NCBI GenBank assembly: GCA_964535955.1 | Contig: CAZHVK010000013.1 | Span: forward strand, 1-35,345 | Source of the DNA: an uncultured Methanosarcinales archaeon | Lineage (GTDB): Archaea > Nanobdellota > Nanobdellia > Woesearchaeales > CAXGTL01 | Direction: 5' to 3' | DNA: 35,345 nt | Part shown: piece after piece, positions 18,674 through 28,655 of the stretch | Position numbering within the stretch: the stretch's first letter is position 1 | Layout of the letters: each line of letters opens with the position of its first letter | Notes under the pieces: model-generated | What the model saw: the letters and a program-made list of their open reading frames with translations, nothing else | What the model was told of the DNA's origin: nothing | Database searches by the model: none | Made by a program: the position numbers and the translations under genes

Positions 18674-20045
18674 ACTTCATCATACCTTTACCAGCACCTT
18701 GAAACCGTTTCATCATTTGCTGCATCTTTTTATCAGACTTACCAGCACCAACACCTTTAAACATTTTCATCATTTTTTTACTCTTTTTATATTGTTTTAA
18801 TAATTCTCTGATCTCGCCAACACTACAGCCACTGCCTTTTGCAACACGATCAATCCTTGTAGTACTCATGATATCAGGATTTTCTAATTCTTTTTTAGTA
18901 AAAGAATTCATAATAAATCTCCATTTTTTTAATTTATCTTCTTGAACCTTTAACATATCTTTAGGAATATTCATGTTACCAAAACCAGGGATCATATCCA
19001 TTATCTTACCCAAAGGTCCCATCTTATTAACAGCCTGCATTTGTTCATAAAGATCAATAAGATTAAACTCACCTTTTAAGAATTTCTTGCCAAGATCTTT
19101 AGCATCTTCTTCTGTAATAACTTCCTTAGCCTTTTCAAGCAAAGCTTTAAGATCCCCCATTCCTAATAATTTTCCAACAAATCTTTCTGGTTCAAAAACA
19201 TCAATATCATCAATTTTTTCACCGATTCCAATAAACTTAACAGGAGCACTTGTTACAGAGCATGCTGTTAAAGCACCACCACCTTTAGCAGTACCATCAA
19301 GCCTTGTGATGATCACACCAGTCACATTACAAGTATCGTGAAACTTTTGTGCTTGATCTTTAGCAGCTTGTCCAATATCAGCACTCATCACAAGAATTCT
19401 TTCATCAGGTTGAGCATGTTTATTCAAAGTATTAAGTTCTTGAACCAAATCATCACTAAGTGCATCTCTTCCAGCTGTATCTATCAATAAGATATCAAAT
19501 TTAGAAAACTGATCTTTGAACTTATCATATATCTTGATAACATCTTTCTCACCCCTATCAATAAAATAAGGTAAGTTAGCAGATTTAGCAATTTGTTCTA
19601 ATTGGTCCATTGCAGCTGGCCTATGAATATCAAGACCAAGCAAAGCAACTCTATAACCACGCTTTGCATAATACTTTCCTAATTTACCCATAGAAGTTGT
19701 CTTACCATTACCAAACAATCCAACCAGCATGATCTTAAACGGCTTTTTCTTAGCATCAATCTTTATATCATGAGCTTCTTTACCTAAGAAATTAGTCAAT
19801 TCTTCATATACAATGTTAATTAAATGCTCTTTTTTTGTTAAACCAGCAGCTGTGTCTTCTTTCTTAATCCTATCCTTGATCTTATTCGATAGATCAAACA
19901 CTAATTGTACATTAACATCTGATTGTAATAAAGATCTTTGTATATCTTTAACTAACTCATTTATTAGTTTATCATCTACAAAGACTGATTTAGCTATTTT
20001 CCCTAATGTATCTCTTAATGAAGAGCCTAGTTTGTCTAATACCAT
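18666..20045 (-). CDS. srp54: signal recognition particle 54-kDa protein
   Basis: GLFGNGKTT, DTAGR, DGTAKGGGAL, GIGEK, Met-rich M domain with RVAKGSG. Confidence 0.97.
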   Translation of the reverse strand: MVLDKLGSSLRDTLGKIAKSVFVDDKLINELVKDIQRSLLQSDVNVQLVFDLSNKIKDRIKKEDTAAGLTKKEHLINIVYEELTNFLGKEAHDIKIDAKKKPFKIMLVGLFGNGKTTSMGKLGKYYAKRGYRVALLGLDIHRPAAMDQLEQIAKSANLPYFIDRGEKDVIKIYDKFKDQFSKFDILLIDTAGRDALSDDLVQELNTLNKHAQPDERILVMSADIGQAAKDQAQKFHDTCNVTGVIITRLDGTAKGGGALTACSVTSAPVKFIGIGEKIDDIDVFEPERFVGKLLGMGDLKALLEKAKEVITEEDAKDLGKKFLKGEFNLIDLYEQMQAVNKMGPLGKIMDMIPGFGNMNIPKDMLKVQEDKLKKWRFIMNSFTKKELENPDIMSTTRIDRVAKGSGCSVGEIRELLKQYKKSKKMMKMFKGVGAGKSDKKMQQMMKRFQGAGKGMMKFK

Positions 20046-20109
20046 ATTATACTGCTAAAAGAAGGTACTGTTTATAAATTTTTAGGGTATATTACAATAT
20101 ACATAGAAT

Positions 20110-20427
20110 TCAAAGTTTTTCCTCTTCCTGTCCCCACCTAACACGTTCCCAGATACGTTCATGAACATAATAAAGAAAAAACCTAATAACATGAAACAAA
20201 ACAGTAACAATTGTTGCTTTTTGTATATCTTTAGTATAATACCAACTGATAATTCCCAGAATAATGATTCCAATAGTTCTCCAGACAATTGATTTAACAA
20301 TAGACCTAGTAGGAGTATCTATTAACCTGACATATACTTTTCTAATTCTTTTAAATCTCTTTTTAGAACTATTCTTTTTCTTACTTTTCCTCTTTTTAGT
20401 AGACCGAATCCTCTTTTTTGTTGCCAT
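20110..20427 (-). CDS. DUF2061 family membrane protein
   Basis: RSIVKSIVWR...LYYVHERIWERVRWG. Confidence 0.85.
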   Translation of the reverse strand: MATKKRIRSTKKRKSKKKNSSKKRFKRIRKVYVRLIDTPTRSIVKSIVWRTIGIIILGIISWYYTKDIQKATIVTVLFHVIRFFLYYVHERIWERVRWGQEEEKL

Positions 20428-20448
20428 AGTATCATTAAAAAACTAGTA

Positions 20449-21330
20449 TTATTTAAACCTTTTCAACCAACCACCTAAAACCTTAATCATTCCTTTGAGA
20501 TTAGGACTATAATGATGATTAGCATTCTTCACAACAATTGTTTTACATTTAACATTTGCAGAATCTTTTATCAATTGCAAACTTTTTTCAATATTCTCTT
20601 GTGCCATATGTTCTTCAGATCCACCAAGAATGGCAAGAATAGGAACCTTGATCTTAGAAATATAATTTAATTTCTTTTTTGTATAGTCAAAGATTTTTGA
20701 TTCCACACCACAATGTAGGCCGTAATATCTTTCAGCAGTAAACAAGCCAATAAATTCCTTTTTTTTATTATTTTTAATCAATTTTTTAGCATGATTTAAT
20801 CTTTTCTTAAAAACTTTTTCACCACCATGCATTATTTCAGCATCAGTATCATTACACGGAGCTAATAAAACAACTCCTTTAACATTTTTATCATGTATTT
20901 GAGACAGATAATAACTAGATTTTTGACAACCAGTACTATGTCCTATAAGAAAGATCTTGTTACAGCCTCTTTTCTTTAGAAAATTCACTGCAGCTTGGAT
21001 ATCATGTTTACAATCAGTAAACCTTTCAAATCCAGCACCAATTACCTTACTCTTTTTATCTTTTTTTGAAGCATAGATTTTATTAATAAGTCCAAATCCT
21101 CTGTTATTGAACATCAAAAAGTTATACCCTAATGATTTTGAAAGATAATAAACAGACCTGATCAAATCTTTCCCATTCATCCTACCTGTTAATCCATGAA
21201 TAAAAACAATAGCTTTTTTGCTTCTAGTTTTAGAAAAAAAACCTTCCATCTCTAAATTATCTTTTGTTGGAAATACAACAAACTCACCTAACATCCCTTT
21301 ACCTTTACTTCTAAATAATTTTAGTTTCAT
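20449..21330 (-). CDS. alpha/beta hydrolase (DUF1749-like)
   Basis: VFIHGL, GHSTGCQ nucleophile elbow, ANHH. Confidence 0.85.
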   Translation of the reverse strand: MKLKLFRSKGKGMLGEFVVFPTKDNLEMEGFFSKTRSKKAIVFIHGLTGRMNGKDLIRSVYYLSKSLGYNFLMFNNRGFGLINKIYASKKDKKSKVIGAGFERFTDCKHDIQAAVNFLKKRGCNKIFLIGHSTGCQKSSYYLSQIHDKNVKGVVLLAPCNDTDAEIMHGGEKVFKKRLNHAKKLIKNNKKKEFIGLFTAERYYGLHCGVESKIFDYTKKKLNYISKIKVPILAILGGSEEHMAQENIEKSLQLIKDSANVKCKTIVVKNANHHYSPNLKGMIKVLGGWLKRFK

Positions 21331-23225
21331 CTCTTCTCCTCAACTTCCTTTTCTAATTCTTTAATAAAATCACTCACCTTGACTTCACCCAAGATCTTAT
21401 TATCTCTTGTACGAACATTAACAGTTTTGTTCTCAACTTCTTTGTCACCAATTACAAAGATATAATTAACTTTATCTAACTCAGCATCTCTTATCTTCTT
21501 GCCTGTTGTTTCTGCTCTATAGTCTTTTGTAACCTGAAACCCTTTTTTAAACAATTGAGAATAAACTTTTTCAGCATGTTCTTGATGACGATCAGCAATC
21601 GTAAGAATACGAACTTGCTCAGGAGACAACCATAATGGAAACTTACCTGCATAATGTTCAACTAAAACACCTAAAAATCTTTCAACACTTCCATATATTG
21701 CTCTGTGCACCATAACAGGCCTATGCTTTGTTCCATCTTTTCCTTCATATGCAAGATCAAACTTTTCAGGCATTGAAAAATCTACTTGTATTGTACCACA
21801 CTGCCATTTTCTTCCTAATGCATCTTTGATATGAAAATCAATCTTTGGCCCATAGAATGCGCCATCACCTGGATTAAGTTTATAATTTATTTTTTTCTTA
21901 GCAAGTGCATTTTTCAGAGCATTTTCTGCTTTATCCCATACTTTCTGAGATCCCATTGCTTTCTCAGGCTTTGTTGAAAGTTCAACAAGATACTCAAAAC
22001 CAAATGTTTTGTATACTCTATTTACAAGTTCAATTAATTCAATTATTTGTTCTTCTAATTGTTCTTCAGTACAAAACACATGCGCATCATCTTGTGTAAA
22101 ACATCGAACCCTGAACAAACCAGACAAAACTCCTGATAACTCATGCCTATGCACAAGACCAAACTCACCAGCTTTGATAGGTAATTCTCTATAAGAATGC
22201 ATTTGGGTTTTATATATCAACAAATTTCCAGGACAATTCATTGGTTTGACTGCAAAATCCTGTTTATCAATTTTTGTAAAATACATATTTTCTTTATAAT
22301 GATCCCAATGTCCTGACTGCAGCCATAAAGATTTGTTAAGAATTATTGGTGTTTTATTTACTTGATAATGTAATTTTCTCATTTCTTGTTCCATGTACCA
22401 AACCAATTTATTCCAAATATGCAGACCTCTTGAATGAAAAAATGGCATACCAGGTGCTTCATCATGAAAACTATACAAATCCAAATCCCTTCCAATTTTT
22501 CTATGATCTCTTTTCTTTGCTTCTTCTAATAGATGCAGATATTGTTTTAGTTCTTTTTTATCAGGAAATGATATTCCATATATTCTTTGTAATTGTTCTT
22601 TTTCAGCATCAGCTCTCCAATAAGCACCAGCAACTTTCATTAATTTGATTGCTTTGATCTGGCCTGTGTGTTGAACATGAGGACCCCTGCACAAAACAGT
22701 ATATTCACTATTTTTATAGATTGTAACTTTATCATCTTCTAATTCTTGAATCATTTCTACTCTGAACTTATTGTCTTTGAACATCTCAAGTGCTTCTTGT
22801 TTTGAAACTACTTGTCTTTCAAATGGTTGTTTTTCTTTGATTATCTCTTTCATCTTTTGTTCAATCTTTTCAAGATCTTTTTCTTTTATTGCTTGCATAT
22901 CAAAATCATAATAAAAACCTTCTTCAACAGCAGGCCCAATAGTGGGCTTTGCATTAGGATATAACCTCACAACAGCAGAAGCTAGTATGTGCGCAGATGA
23001 GTGTCGAAATACTTCAACTCCTTCTTTATCTTTGAAAGTAATAATTCTTATCTTAGAATTCTCATTAATGGAAGTGCTTAGGTCTTGTAATTTACCATTT
23101 ACTTCAATTGCTAAAGCAGCTCTTCCTAAACCTTCAGAAATATGATTAGCAATATCAATACCTTTGACACCTTTATCAAAGTCTTCTTTTGAACCATCTG
23201 GAAACTCTATCTTAATCTTTGTCAT
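21327..23225 (-). CDS. thrS: threonine--tRNA ligase, bacterial type with TGS and editing domains
   Basis: RHSSAH, LCRGPH, RDHRKIG, KPMNCP, GLFRVRCFTQDDAH, AFYGPKID, HRAIYGSVERF. Confidence 0.98.
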   Translation of the reverse strand: MTKIKIEFPDGSKEDFDKGVKGIDIANHISEGLGRAALAIEVNGKLQDLSTSINENSKIRIITFKDKEGVEVFRHSSAHILASAVVRLYPNAKPTIGPAVEEGFYYDFDMQAIKEKDLEKIEQKMKEIIKEKQPFERQVVSKQEALEMFKDNKFRVEMIQELEDDKVTIYKNSEYTVLCRGPHVQHTGQIKAIKLMKVAGAYWRADAEKEQLQRIYGISFPDKKELKQYLHLLEEAKKRDHRKIGRDLDLYSFHDEAPGMPFFHSRGLHIWNKLVWYMEQEMRKLHYQVNKTPIILNKSLWLQSGHWDHYKENMYFTKIDKQDFAVKPMNCPGNLLIYKTQMHSYRELPIKAGEFGLVHRHELSGVLSGLFRVRCFTQDDAHVFCTEEQLEEQIIELIELVNRVYKTFGFEYLVELSTKPEKAMGSQKVWDKAENALKNALAKKKINYKLNPGDGAFYGPKIDFHIKDALGRKWQCGTIQVDFSMPEKFDLAYEGKDGTKHRPVMVHRAIYGSVERFLGVLVEHYAGKFPLWLSPEQVRILTIADRHQEHAEKVYSQLFKKGFQVTKDYRAETTGKKIRDAELDKVNYIFVIGDKEVENKTVNVRTRDNKILGEVKVSDFIKELEKEVEEKR

Positions 23226-23283
23226 ATAATATCCCCTCCTGATACTATTAGTTGAAAACTAAATATAAATGTTTCTACTTTTT

Positions 23284-23395
23284 GTATGTGCATAGCGCCT
23301 ATTAGGCAAGTGAGCACCCTTAAGATTATAAAACGATCAGGGCTTTTCATGTAATGTTGCATTAGATGGAAAGTGCGAACGAGCTATGCACATAC
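23284..23395 (+). repeat. structured dispersed element, family 1 copy C
   Basis: 13-bp perfect terminal stem GTATGTGCATAGC/GCTATGCACATAC, GCCT-ATT-AGGC hairpin, AAGTGAGCA...TGCGAACGA core; shares TAAAACGATCAGGGCTTT with copy A. Confidence 0.85.
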
Positions 23396-24093
23396 TACTT
23401 TTTTATATATAGAACAAACTCACCAAACAAGTCCCTCTCACCTACACTAAACACTTTTTTAAACACTTTATCATAATTCTGCCTAGTATGTTTCCTATTA
23501 TACAAATCCATCAACCTAACCAATTTATGACCAGAATACTTATCAACAAGATATGTTGTAAAACTAAACCATATAGGGTATTTAACTATTTGTGGTGATA
23601 TTTTGAACTTTCTTTTAAGATACCTATAATCTAATATAGAATAATCAATTTTATACTTATTAACCAGATTCTTTAATTGCTTTTTAGACAATTTTCTAAA
23701 CCCAGCAACATAACAAGCTAGTCCTTCTAATAACCAGCAAGGTTTGCATGTTCTGTAAAAAGAATTCCAAAACACATGATTAATCTCATGTACCATTATC
23801 TTTGGAAATAATTTTTTATCCCACCTGCCAACCTTGCCTATAAACTCAGGGCTTCTTGTAATTAGATCATTATTTCTCATAACAGACGCAGTTGTTCTTT
23901 TTTTATAATAATATTTCATTTGTTTTTTAAAATCAGATTCATTATCACACACAAATATTCTAAAACTTTTAACATCTTTACCAAAGAATCTTTTATTAAT
24001 CTTATAAGCCTTAGTAAACACATTGACCAAAGAATTAAGAATAGGCTTATTTCTATATATTATTGCAAATCCTATATTCTTTTTATATTTCAT
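23395..24093 (-). CDS. zinc metallopeptidase-like protein (HExxH)
   Basis: HEINH followed by PCWLLEGLA, a gluzincin/peptidase MA-like arrangement. Confidence 0.75.
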   Translation of the reverse strand: MKYKKNIGFAIIYRNKPILNSLVNVFTKAYKINKRFFGKDVKSFRIFVCDNESDFKKQMKYYYKKRTTASVMRNNDLITRSPEFIGKVGRWDKKLFPKIMVHEINHVFWNSFYRTCKPCWLLEGLACYVAGFRKLSKKQLKNLVNKYKIDYSILDYRYLKRKFKISPQIVKYPIWFSFTTYLVDKYSGHKLVRLMDLYNRKHTRQNYDKVFKKVFSVGERDLFGEFVLYIKK

Positions 24094-24101
24094 GAGAATA
24101 A

Positions 24102-25145
24102 TTATTTCTTCTTAAAACCCATCATCCTTAAAAGCATTTTAAAAAATCCTTCTTTCTTTTTTTTAACTTTCACAGGTCTTAAATGAACTTCTTCTTTATA
24201 TTCTTCTAAAGGGACAGGAGATGGTAGTTCTAGATCAAAATCATGAATTCCAGAAGAAAAAGTAGGTAATCCAAGATCAAACTGATGCAATTCTTCTTTT
24301 TGTTTTATTTTTAATTTGGGTGTTGACACTAATTTTTTCTTTTTTAATGATGGTTTAAGTTTTTTTAATTCAGTTTCTATTTTAGGTTTTTCAGGTTTTT
24401 CTTTTGGCTCAACAATTCCCTGCTCCAACATTAACTCTGTTTCTAAATCATTTAATTCTTGTTTTTTCTCATCCAACATTTTACTTATTTGATTAATAAC
24501 CTTGAATTCCATATCATCTCCTTTTTTCATTCTAGAACTGATTATTCCAGAGGATCTTTTTTTCAGTAAATCAATTTTATTATTGATTCTATCAATAATT
24601 TTTTTCTCATCATCATTAGTTGGTTTAGAGATATTATCCAATCTATTTTCTAGATCAATAATCCTATTTGTTATTTTAGTTAATCTTTCTTTTCTTATTA
24701 TAGAAAATTCCTTATCTACTTGAAACCTTTTCTCACGTTCTGTTAAGATTGAATCAAGCTTACTCTGCAAATACTGAATTTTATCTTTTAATATGTTAAC
24801 TCTTAACTGTTTCATTTCAATATTAGAAATTTCACCTTTAATATCTTTATGATGGATTAACAAATCAACTCTCTCTTTAAGATAATTGAGGTTTTTATTA
24901 ACATAACTCATTTTCAGAGCTTCACTAGAATCCTTAGAAGACAATAATAAATTAATTTTATTCTGCATTTGTTTTACTTGATCTTTGAGATCTTGGATAT
25001 CTGTAATAGAAATATTAGAATAATTACTATCAGAAATACCAGAAATATCTAAATTAGGTTTTTGCTTAGTATTGATTGAACTAAGAAAGTTTTTTAATTT
25101 TCCTTTATCTAATTTAAATTCATTACTCATCTTTTTATTTACCAA
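24102..25145 (-). CDS. hypothetical coiled-coil protein
   Basis: 347-aa ORF with repeated heptad segments and a C-terminal amphipathic/basic tail. Confidence 0.65.
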   Translation of the reverse strand: MVNKKMSNEFKLDKGKLKNFLSSINTKQKPNLDISGISDSNYSNISITDIQDLKDQVKQMQNKINLLLSSKDSSEALKMSYVNKNLNYLKERVDLLIHHKDIKGEISNIEMKQLRVNILKDKIQYLQSKLDSILTEREKRFQVDKEFSIIRKERLTKITNRIIDLENRLDNISKPTNDDEKKIIDRINNKIDLLKKRSSGIISSRMKKGDDMEFKVINQISKMLDEKKQELNDLETELMLEQGIVEPKEKPEKPKIETELKKLKPSLKKKKLVSTPKLKIKQKEELHQFDLGLPTFSSGIHDFDLELPSPVPLEEYKEEVHLRPVKVKKKKEGFFKMLLRMMGFKKK

Positions 25146-25647
25146 ATAAATTTAAGCTTTTTTTAGGTTTTCTTTCAAAATCAGGAGATGGTGGTGGAGG
25201 AGGTGGTGGTAAATTCATGCCAGGCATTGTTTTATGAATAGGTTGTTGTCCAGGCAGAGGCGGTAAAAATCCTTTCCCAGGTTGCATTGGAGGCATTGGT
25301 TGTTGCCTTTGTGGAACCATGGGTCTAGGTTGCATTGGAGGCATTGGTTGTTGTCTTTGAGGCATCATAGGTCTTGGCCCAGTTGGTGGCCTTGGTCCTA
25401 TAGGGCCCGGTATTGGCTGCATTTTTTTAATCAATTCAATCACTTCAATTATTCCTCTAGCAATTTTTTCATTTTGATCAAGAACCTGGTTTAACATATC
25501 AAATAATTGTTTATTACTAATTTCAGAATCTCCTTCCAACTTGACTGTATCAGAAGCTGTATTTAAAGCATGAGAAAATCTATCTAATTTTAAACTAAGT
25601 CTATCTATTGAATCTACTACTTCAGGATTATTTTGCATAAATATCAC
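25135..25647 (-). CDS. proline-rich hypothetical protein
   Basis: N-terminal coiled coil, P/Q/M-rich C-terminus; AGGTGA RBS. Confidence 0.7.
   Translation of the reverse strand: MIFMQNNPEVVDSIDRLSLKLDRFSHALNTASDTVKLEGDSEISNKQLFDMLNQVLDQNEKIARGIIEVIELIKKMQPIPGPIGPRPPTGPRPMMPQRQQPMPPMQPRPMVPQRQQPMPPMQPGKGFLPPLPGQQPIHKTMPGMNLPPPPPPPSPDFERKPKKSLNLFGK
25280..25375. repeat. intragenic 48-bp tandem duplication
   Basis: GGTTGCATTGGAGGCATTGGTTGTTG occurs twice 48 bp apart, encoding RPM(M/V)PQRQQPMPPMQP twice. Confidence 0.8.
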
Positions 25648-25783
25648 CTACTTTTTTTATTATATCTTATTATATATATAACTTATAGAATTAATGTTTA
25701 TAAATTTATCTATAATACTTGAGCATAATGTAGTTATTACTTCACAGTAATATTTATAAATCACAATAGACTCCATTTAGCAA

Positions 25784-26752
25784 ATGACAATCAAAGTATT
25801 AGGTGGATTAACAATAGAGAACTTAGCATCTGATGATCCAAAAGTTCTAGATAGGATACAAATACAAAAACAATTATATGAACAAGGTTTTACACAAGGA
25901 ATACAGCTTAGGGTTGGCCATGATTTTACAAATTCTGCATCATTAGACAAATTAATTGAAAAAATAAACAAATTAGAAATACCATATATTGTCCATGGTC
26001 CTGCAACAAACCTAGGAGTTGATCTAGGCAAGACATGGGATGAAAAAAACATATTTAAAAATTATATATTAGAACATCTTGGATCTAGTTGGGAAGAATT
26101 CAGTAAACAAGCAATCATGAATGCATCAAAAGTTGCTATGCAGAAAAACAGTCTCTGTGAAAAGATTGTTCTGCATCCAGGTTATACTTTTATTGATGAT
26201 AATTACAAAAACACAAAACTAGTAAGATTAAAAAACAATTACAAAGATGTATCAACATATGCAAACTTTAGTCTAGAAACAGTTCCAACACCTGTGATAG
26301 ATGAACAAACACATGAACTAATGTATCATGGATTTGGTGCTATTCCTAAAGATATGATCAGATTATTAGGTAAAGAAAATGTTTACAAACCAGGTTATGT
26401 AACAATAGATTTCACTCACCTAGAGGTTACTGCTAATACTATGAAAAAATATCCAGATTTATTTGAAAACCCATGTAAATTTGAACAATTAGTTGAAGAT
26501 TTTCTAGAATTAGGTGTAAGTAATTTCATGCATTTTTCAGGCCATACAGATGAATTATGGGATATCCATCCGGGTTTTATTAATCTCAAAACATTCAATA
26601 GAACTAAACAAGAAATAATCAATAATGCATTGAGAGAAATAGAATCAAGATATAATAATGAGATATATGTAGCACTAGAAATCATGTTCAATGATCTTGA
26701 TACATGTAAAAGAGAGATAGATGCATTTATGTTACAATATGATTTTCTATGA
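25784..26752 (+). CDS. TIM-barrel protein, xylose isomerase-like/AP endonuclease 2 superfamily
   Basis: IVHGP, IVLHPG, SLET, TIDFTH, MHFS...DIH, VALE metal-ligand pattern. Confidence 0.7.
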   Translation: MTIKVLGGLTIENLASDDPKVLDRIQIQKQLYEQGFTQGIQLRVGHDFTNSASLDKLIEKINKLEIPYIVHGPATNLGVDLGKTWDEKNIFKNYILEHLGSSWEEFSKQAIMNASKVAMQKNSLCEKIVLHPGYTFIDDNYKNTKLVRLKNNYKDVSTYANFSLETVPTPVIDEQTHELMYHGFGAIPKDMIRLLGKENVYKPGYVTIDFTHLEVTANTMKKYPDLFENPCKFEQLVEDFLELGVSNFMHFSGHTDELWDIHPGFINLKTFNRTKQEIINNALREIESRYNNEIYVALEIMFNDLDTCKREIDAFMLQYDFL

Positions 26753-26754
26753 AT

Positions 26755-27927
26755 TTACTCTGAAGATTCAGATTCATAATCTAAATATGGAAATTCATAA
26801 TCTTCATCCAACACATTCTGCTTCTGATCAATAGGAATATATTTTCCTTGATTTATTATGAATTTACCAATTTTTCTAATTGTTTCATCAGAATAACAAC
26901 TAAGACCAGATAATTCTAAAATAGGTACATCATAATCAGGAACCTTTTCATGTATTAGACCAGTTATAACATCAAAATCACATGGTTCAGCATCATAATC
27001 ATCTCTTTTTTGACTAATTCTGCAAAGCCTATGCTTTAAATGATGATCAGCTAAACAATGTTGACCAGCTTGAGTTGTTTCTAAATATACAAGAGTTTCT
27101 GGATGAATTGCAAATCCTCTTATGTTTTGACCTTGAGAAGGTTTTTTAACACGAATACCACCACCTTTAAGTAATTCTCTGCCAGCACATCTTAAAAGAG
27201 CAGCATGTAATTCTCTTTTTTCATCTTTTGAAAGTTGTTTTATTTTATTTAGATTAACCATATAAATTTCATCAACAATTTTTAGAAAAAGTGGTTTCCT
27301 TGGAAGTATATCATCATATTCAGCTTTTACTAGATTACCACCTAACTGTCGACACCTTAAATATTCAGCAACAATCTTATCATTAAAACAAGGTACACCT
27401 AAAACTCTTTCATCTTCCTTGTCACCAGAATAATGATAATTATAAGCATATTCCAATAATTCAATCTCATCACTAACAAACAGGATTTGTTGTCTTTTTT
27501 TAAATTTCTTTTTTACATCAGGTATAAGATCAAACAAAAAATCACCATCATATTCAACAAAATGAATATTATCATATTTAGAATAATCAGATGATGAATA
27601 ATCATCATCATTATCTTCATCAAAATGATAGCAAGGAAATATAATAACAGGAATACCATTGTCATAAACTTTTGTAGATAAATCAATTATACTGTTACCA
27701 TAATCTTTAAATTCATATATACCAATAAGCATCATGATTACTTCATCTAATGAAAATTGTTTTTCATCAAGATCTTGTTTAAAATCCTCAAAACAATGAT
27801 ATAATAAACATTCTAAATCATGATCTTTTTCTAGGACATGTTTAATTGCATATGTTTCATGCTTATAATCAGACATTGGATTCACATCCCCTATAAATGC
27901 TACTTTTGCTTTATACATTATAAACAC
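26755..27927 (-). CDS. hypothetical protein
   Basis: 390-aa ORF, no family recognised. Confidence 0.6.
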   Translation of the reverse strand: MFIMYKAKVAFIGDVNPMSDYKHETYAIKHVLEKDHDLECLLYHCFEDFKQDLDEKQFSLDEVIMMLIGIYEFKDYGNSIIDLSTKVYDNGIPVIIFPCYHFDEDNDDDYSSSDYSKYDNIHFVEYDGDFLFDLIPDVKKKFKKRQQILFVSDEIELLEYAYNYHYSGDKEDERVLGVPCFNDKIVAEYLRCRQLGGNLVKAEYDDILPRKPLFLKIVDEIYMVNLNKIKQLSKDEKRELHAALLRCAGRELLKGGGIRVKKPSQGQNIRGFAIHPETLVYLETTQAGQHCLADHHLKHRLCRISQKRDDYDAEPCDFDVITGLIHEKVPDYDVPILELSGLSCYSDETIRKIGKFIINQGKYIPIDQKQNVLDEDYEFPYLDYESESSE

Positions 27928-28031
27928 AAAAAATCATGATTCTTTTATAAAAATTAGTATAATCATAACTATATATTACCATCAGTATATAAGCAATTAA
28001 CTTTATAAATCCACACACACACCACCTATCC

Positions 28032-28655
28032 ATGCCACAAAAAATATCACAAGGAGCAGAAGCAACAATATACAAAGATAAAGATAAGATAATAAAACAT
28101 AGGACAGTCAAATCTTATAGAAACAAAGAAATAGATAATAAACTAAGAAAATACAGAACAAGAAGAGAAGCAAAGGTGCTTAAGAAACTCAGTGAAATGA
28201 ATTTTCCTGCTCCAAAATTAAAAAAAGACATTGACGAAATCAATATGAAGATTGAAATGGAACATATTGATGGTACAAAACTAAGAGATTTTCTACACAA
28301 GAATCATAAAGAGCTAAGTAATGAAATAGGTAGAAAAATAGCAATATTACACAAACATGATATTATTCATGGTGATCTGACAACATCAAACATGATTGTT
28401 AATGAAGAAATTTATTTAATAGATTTTGGCTTGAGTTTTTTTTCAAAAAAACCAGAAGATAAAGCAGTTGATCTTCATCTATTAAAAAGAGCTCTGGAAT
28501 CCAAACATCACATGATATTTGAAGAATGTTTTGATGAAATCATAAAAGCATATAAAGAACATTATCCAGATCATGAAAAAGTTCTCAACAGATTAGAGAT
28601 AGTTGAGAAGAGAGGAAGGAATAAACATAAAGGTGATAAAAATGATAGAACTTGA
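28032..28655 (+). CDS. bud32: KEOPS complex kinase Bud32
   Basis: QGAEA, RTRREAKVL, IIHGDLTTSNM, IDFGL, EDKAVDLHLL, EKRGR. Confidence 0.95.
   Translation: MPQKISQGAEATIYKDKDKIIKHRTVKSYRNKEIDNKLRKYRTRREAKVLKKLSEMNFPAPKLKKDIDEINMKIEMEHIDGTKLRDFLHKNHKELSNEIGRKIAILHKHDIIHGDLTTSNMIVNEEIYLIDFGLSFFSKKPEDKAVDLHLLKRALESKHHMIFEECFDEIIKAYKEHYPDHEKVLNRLEIVEKRGRNKHKGDKNDRT

Noticed and set aside
21327..23225. Bacterial-type ThrRS as a recent horizontal transfer
   Set aside because: Bacterial-type ThrRS is known in several archaeal lineages, and composition matches the neighbouring genes
25280..25375. 48-bp repeat as a CRISPR remnant
   Set aside because: Only two units, in frame within a proline-rich CDS, no unique spacers or cas genes
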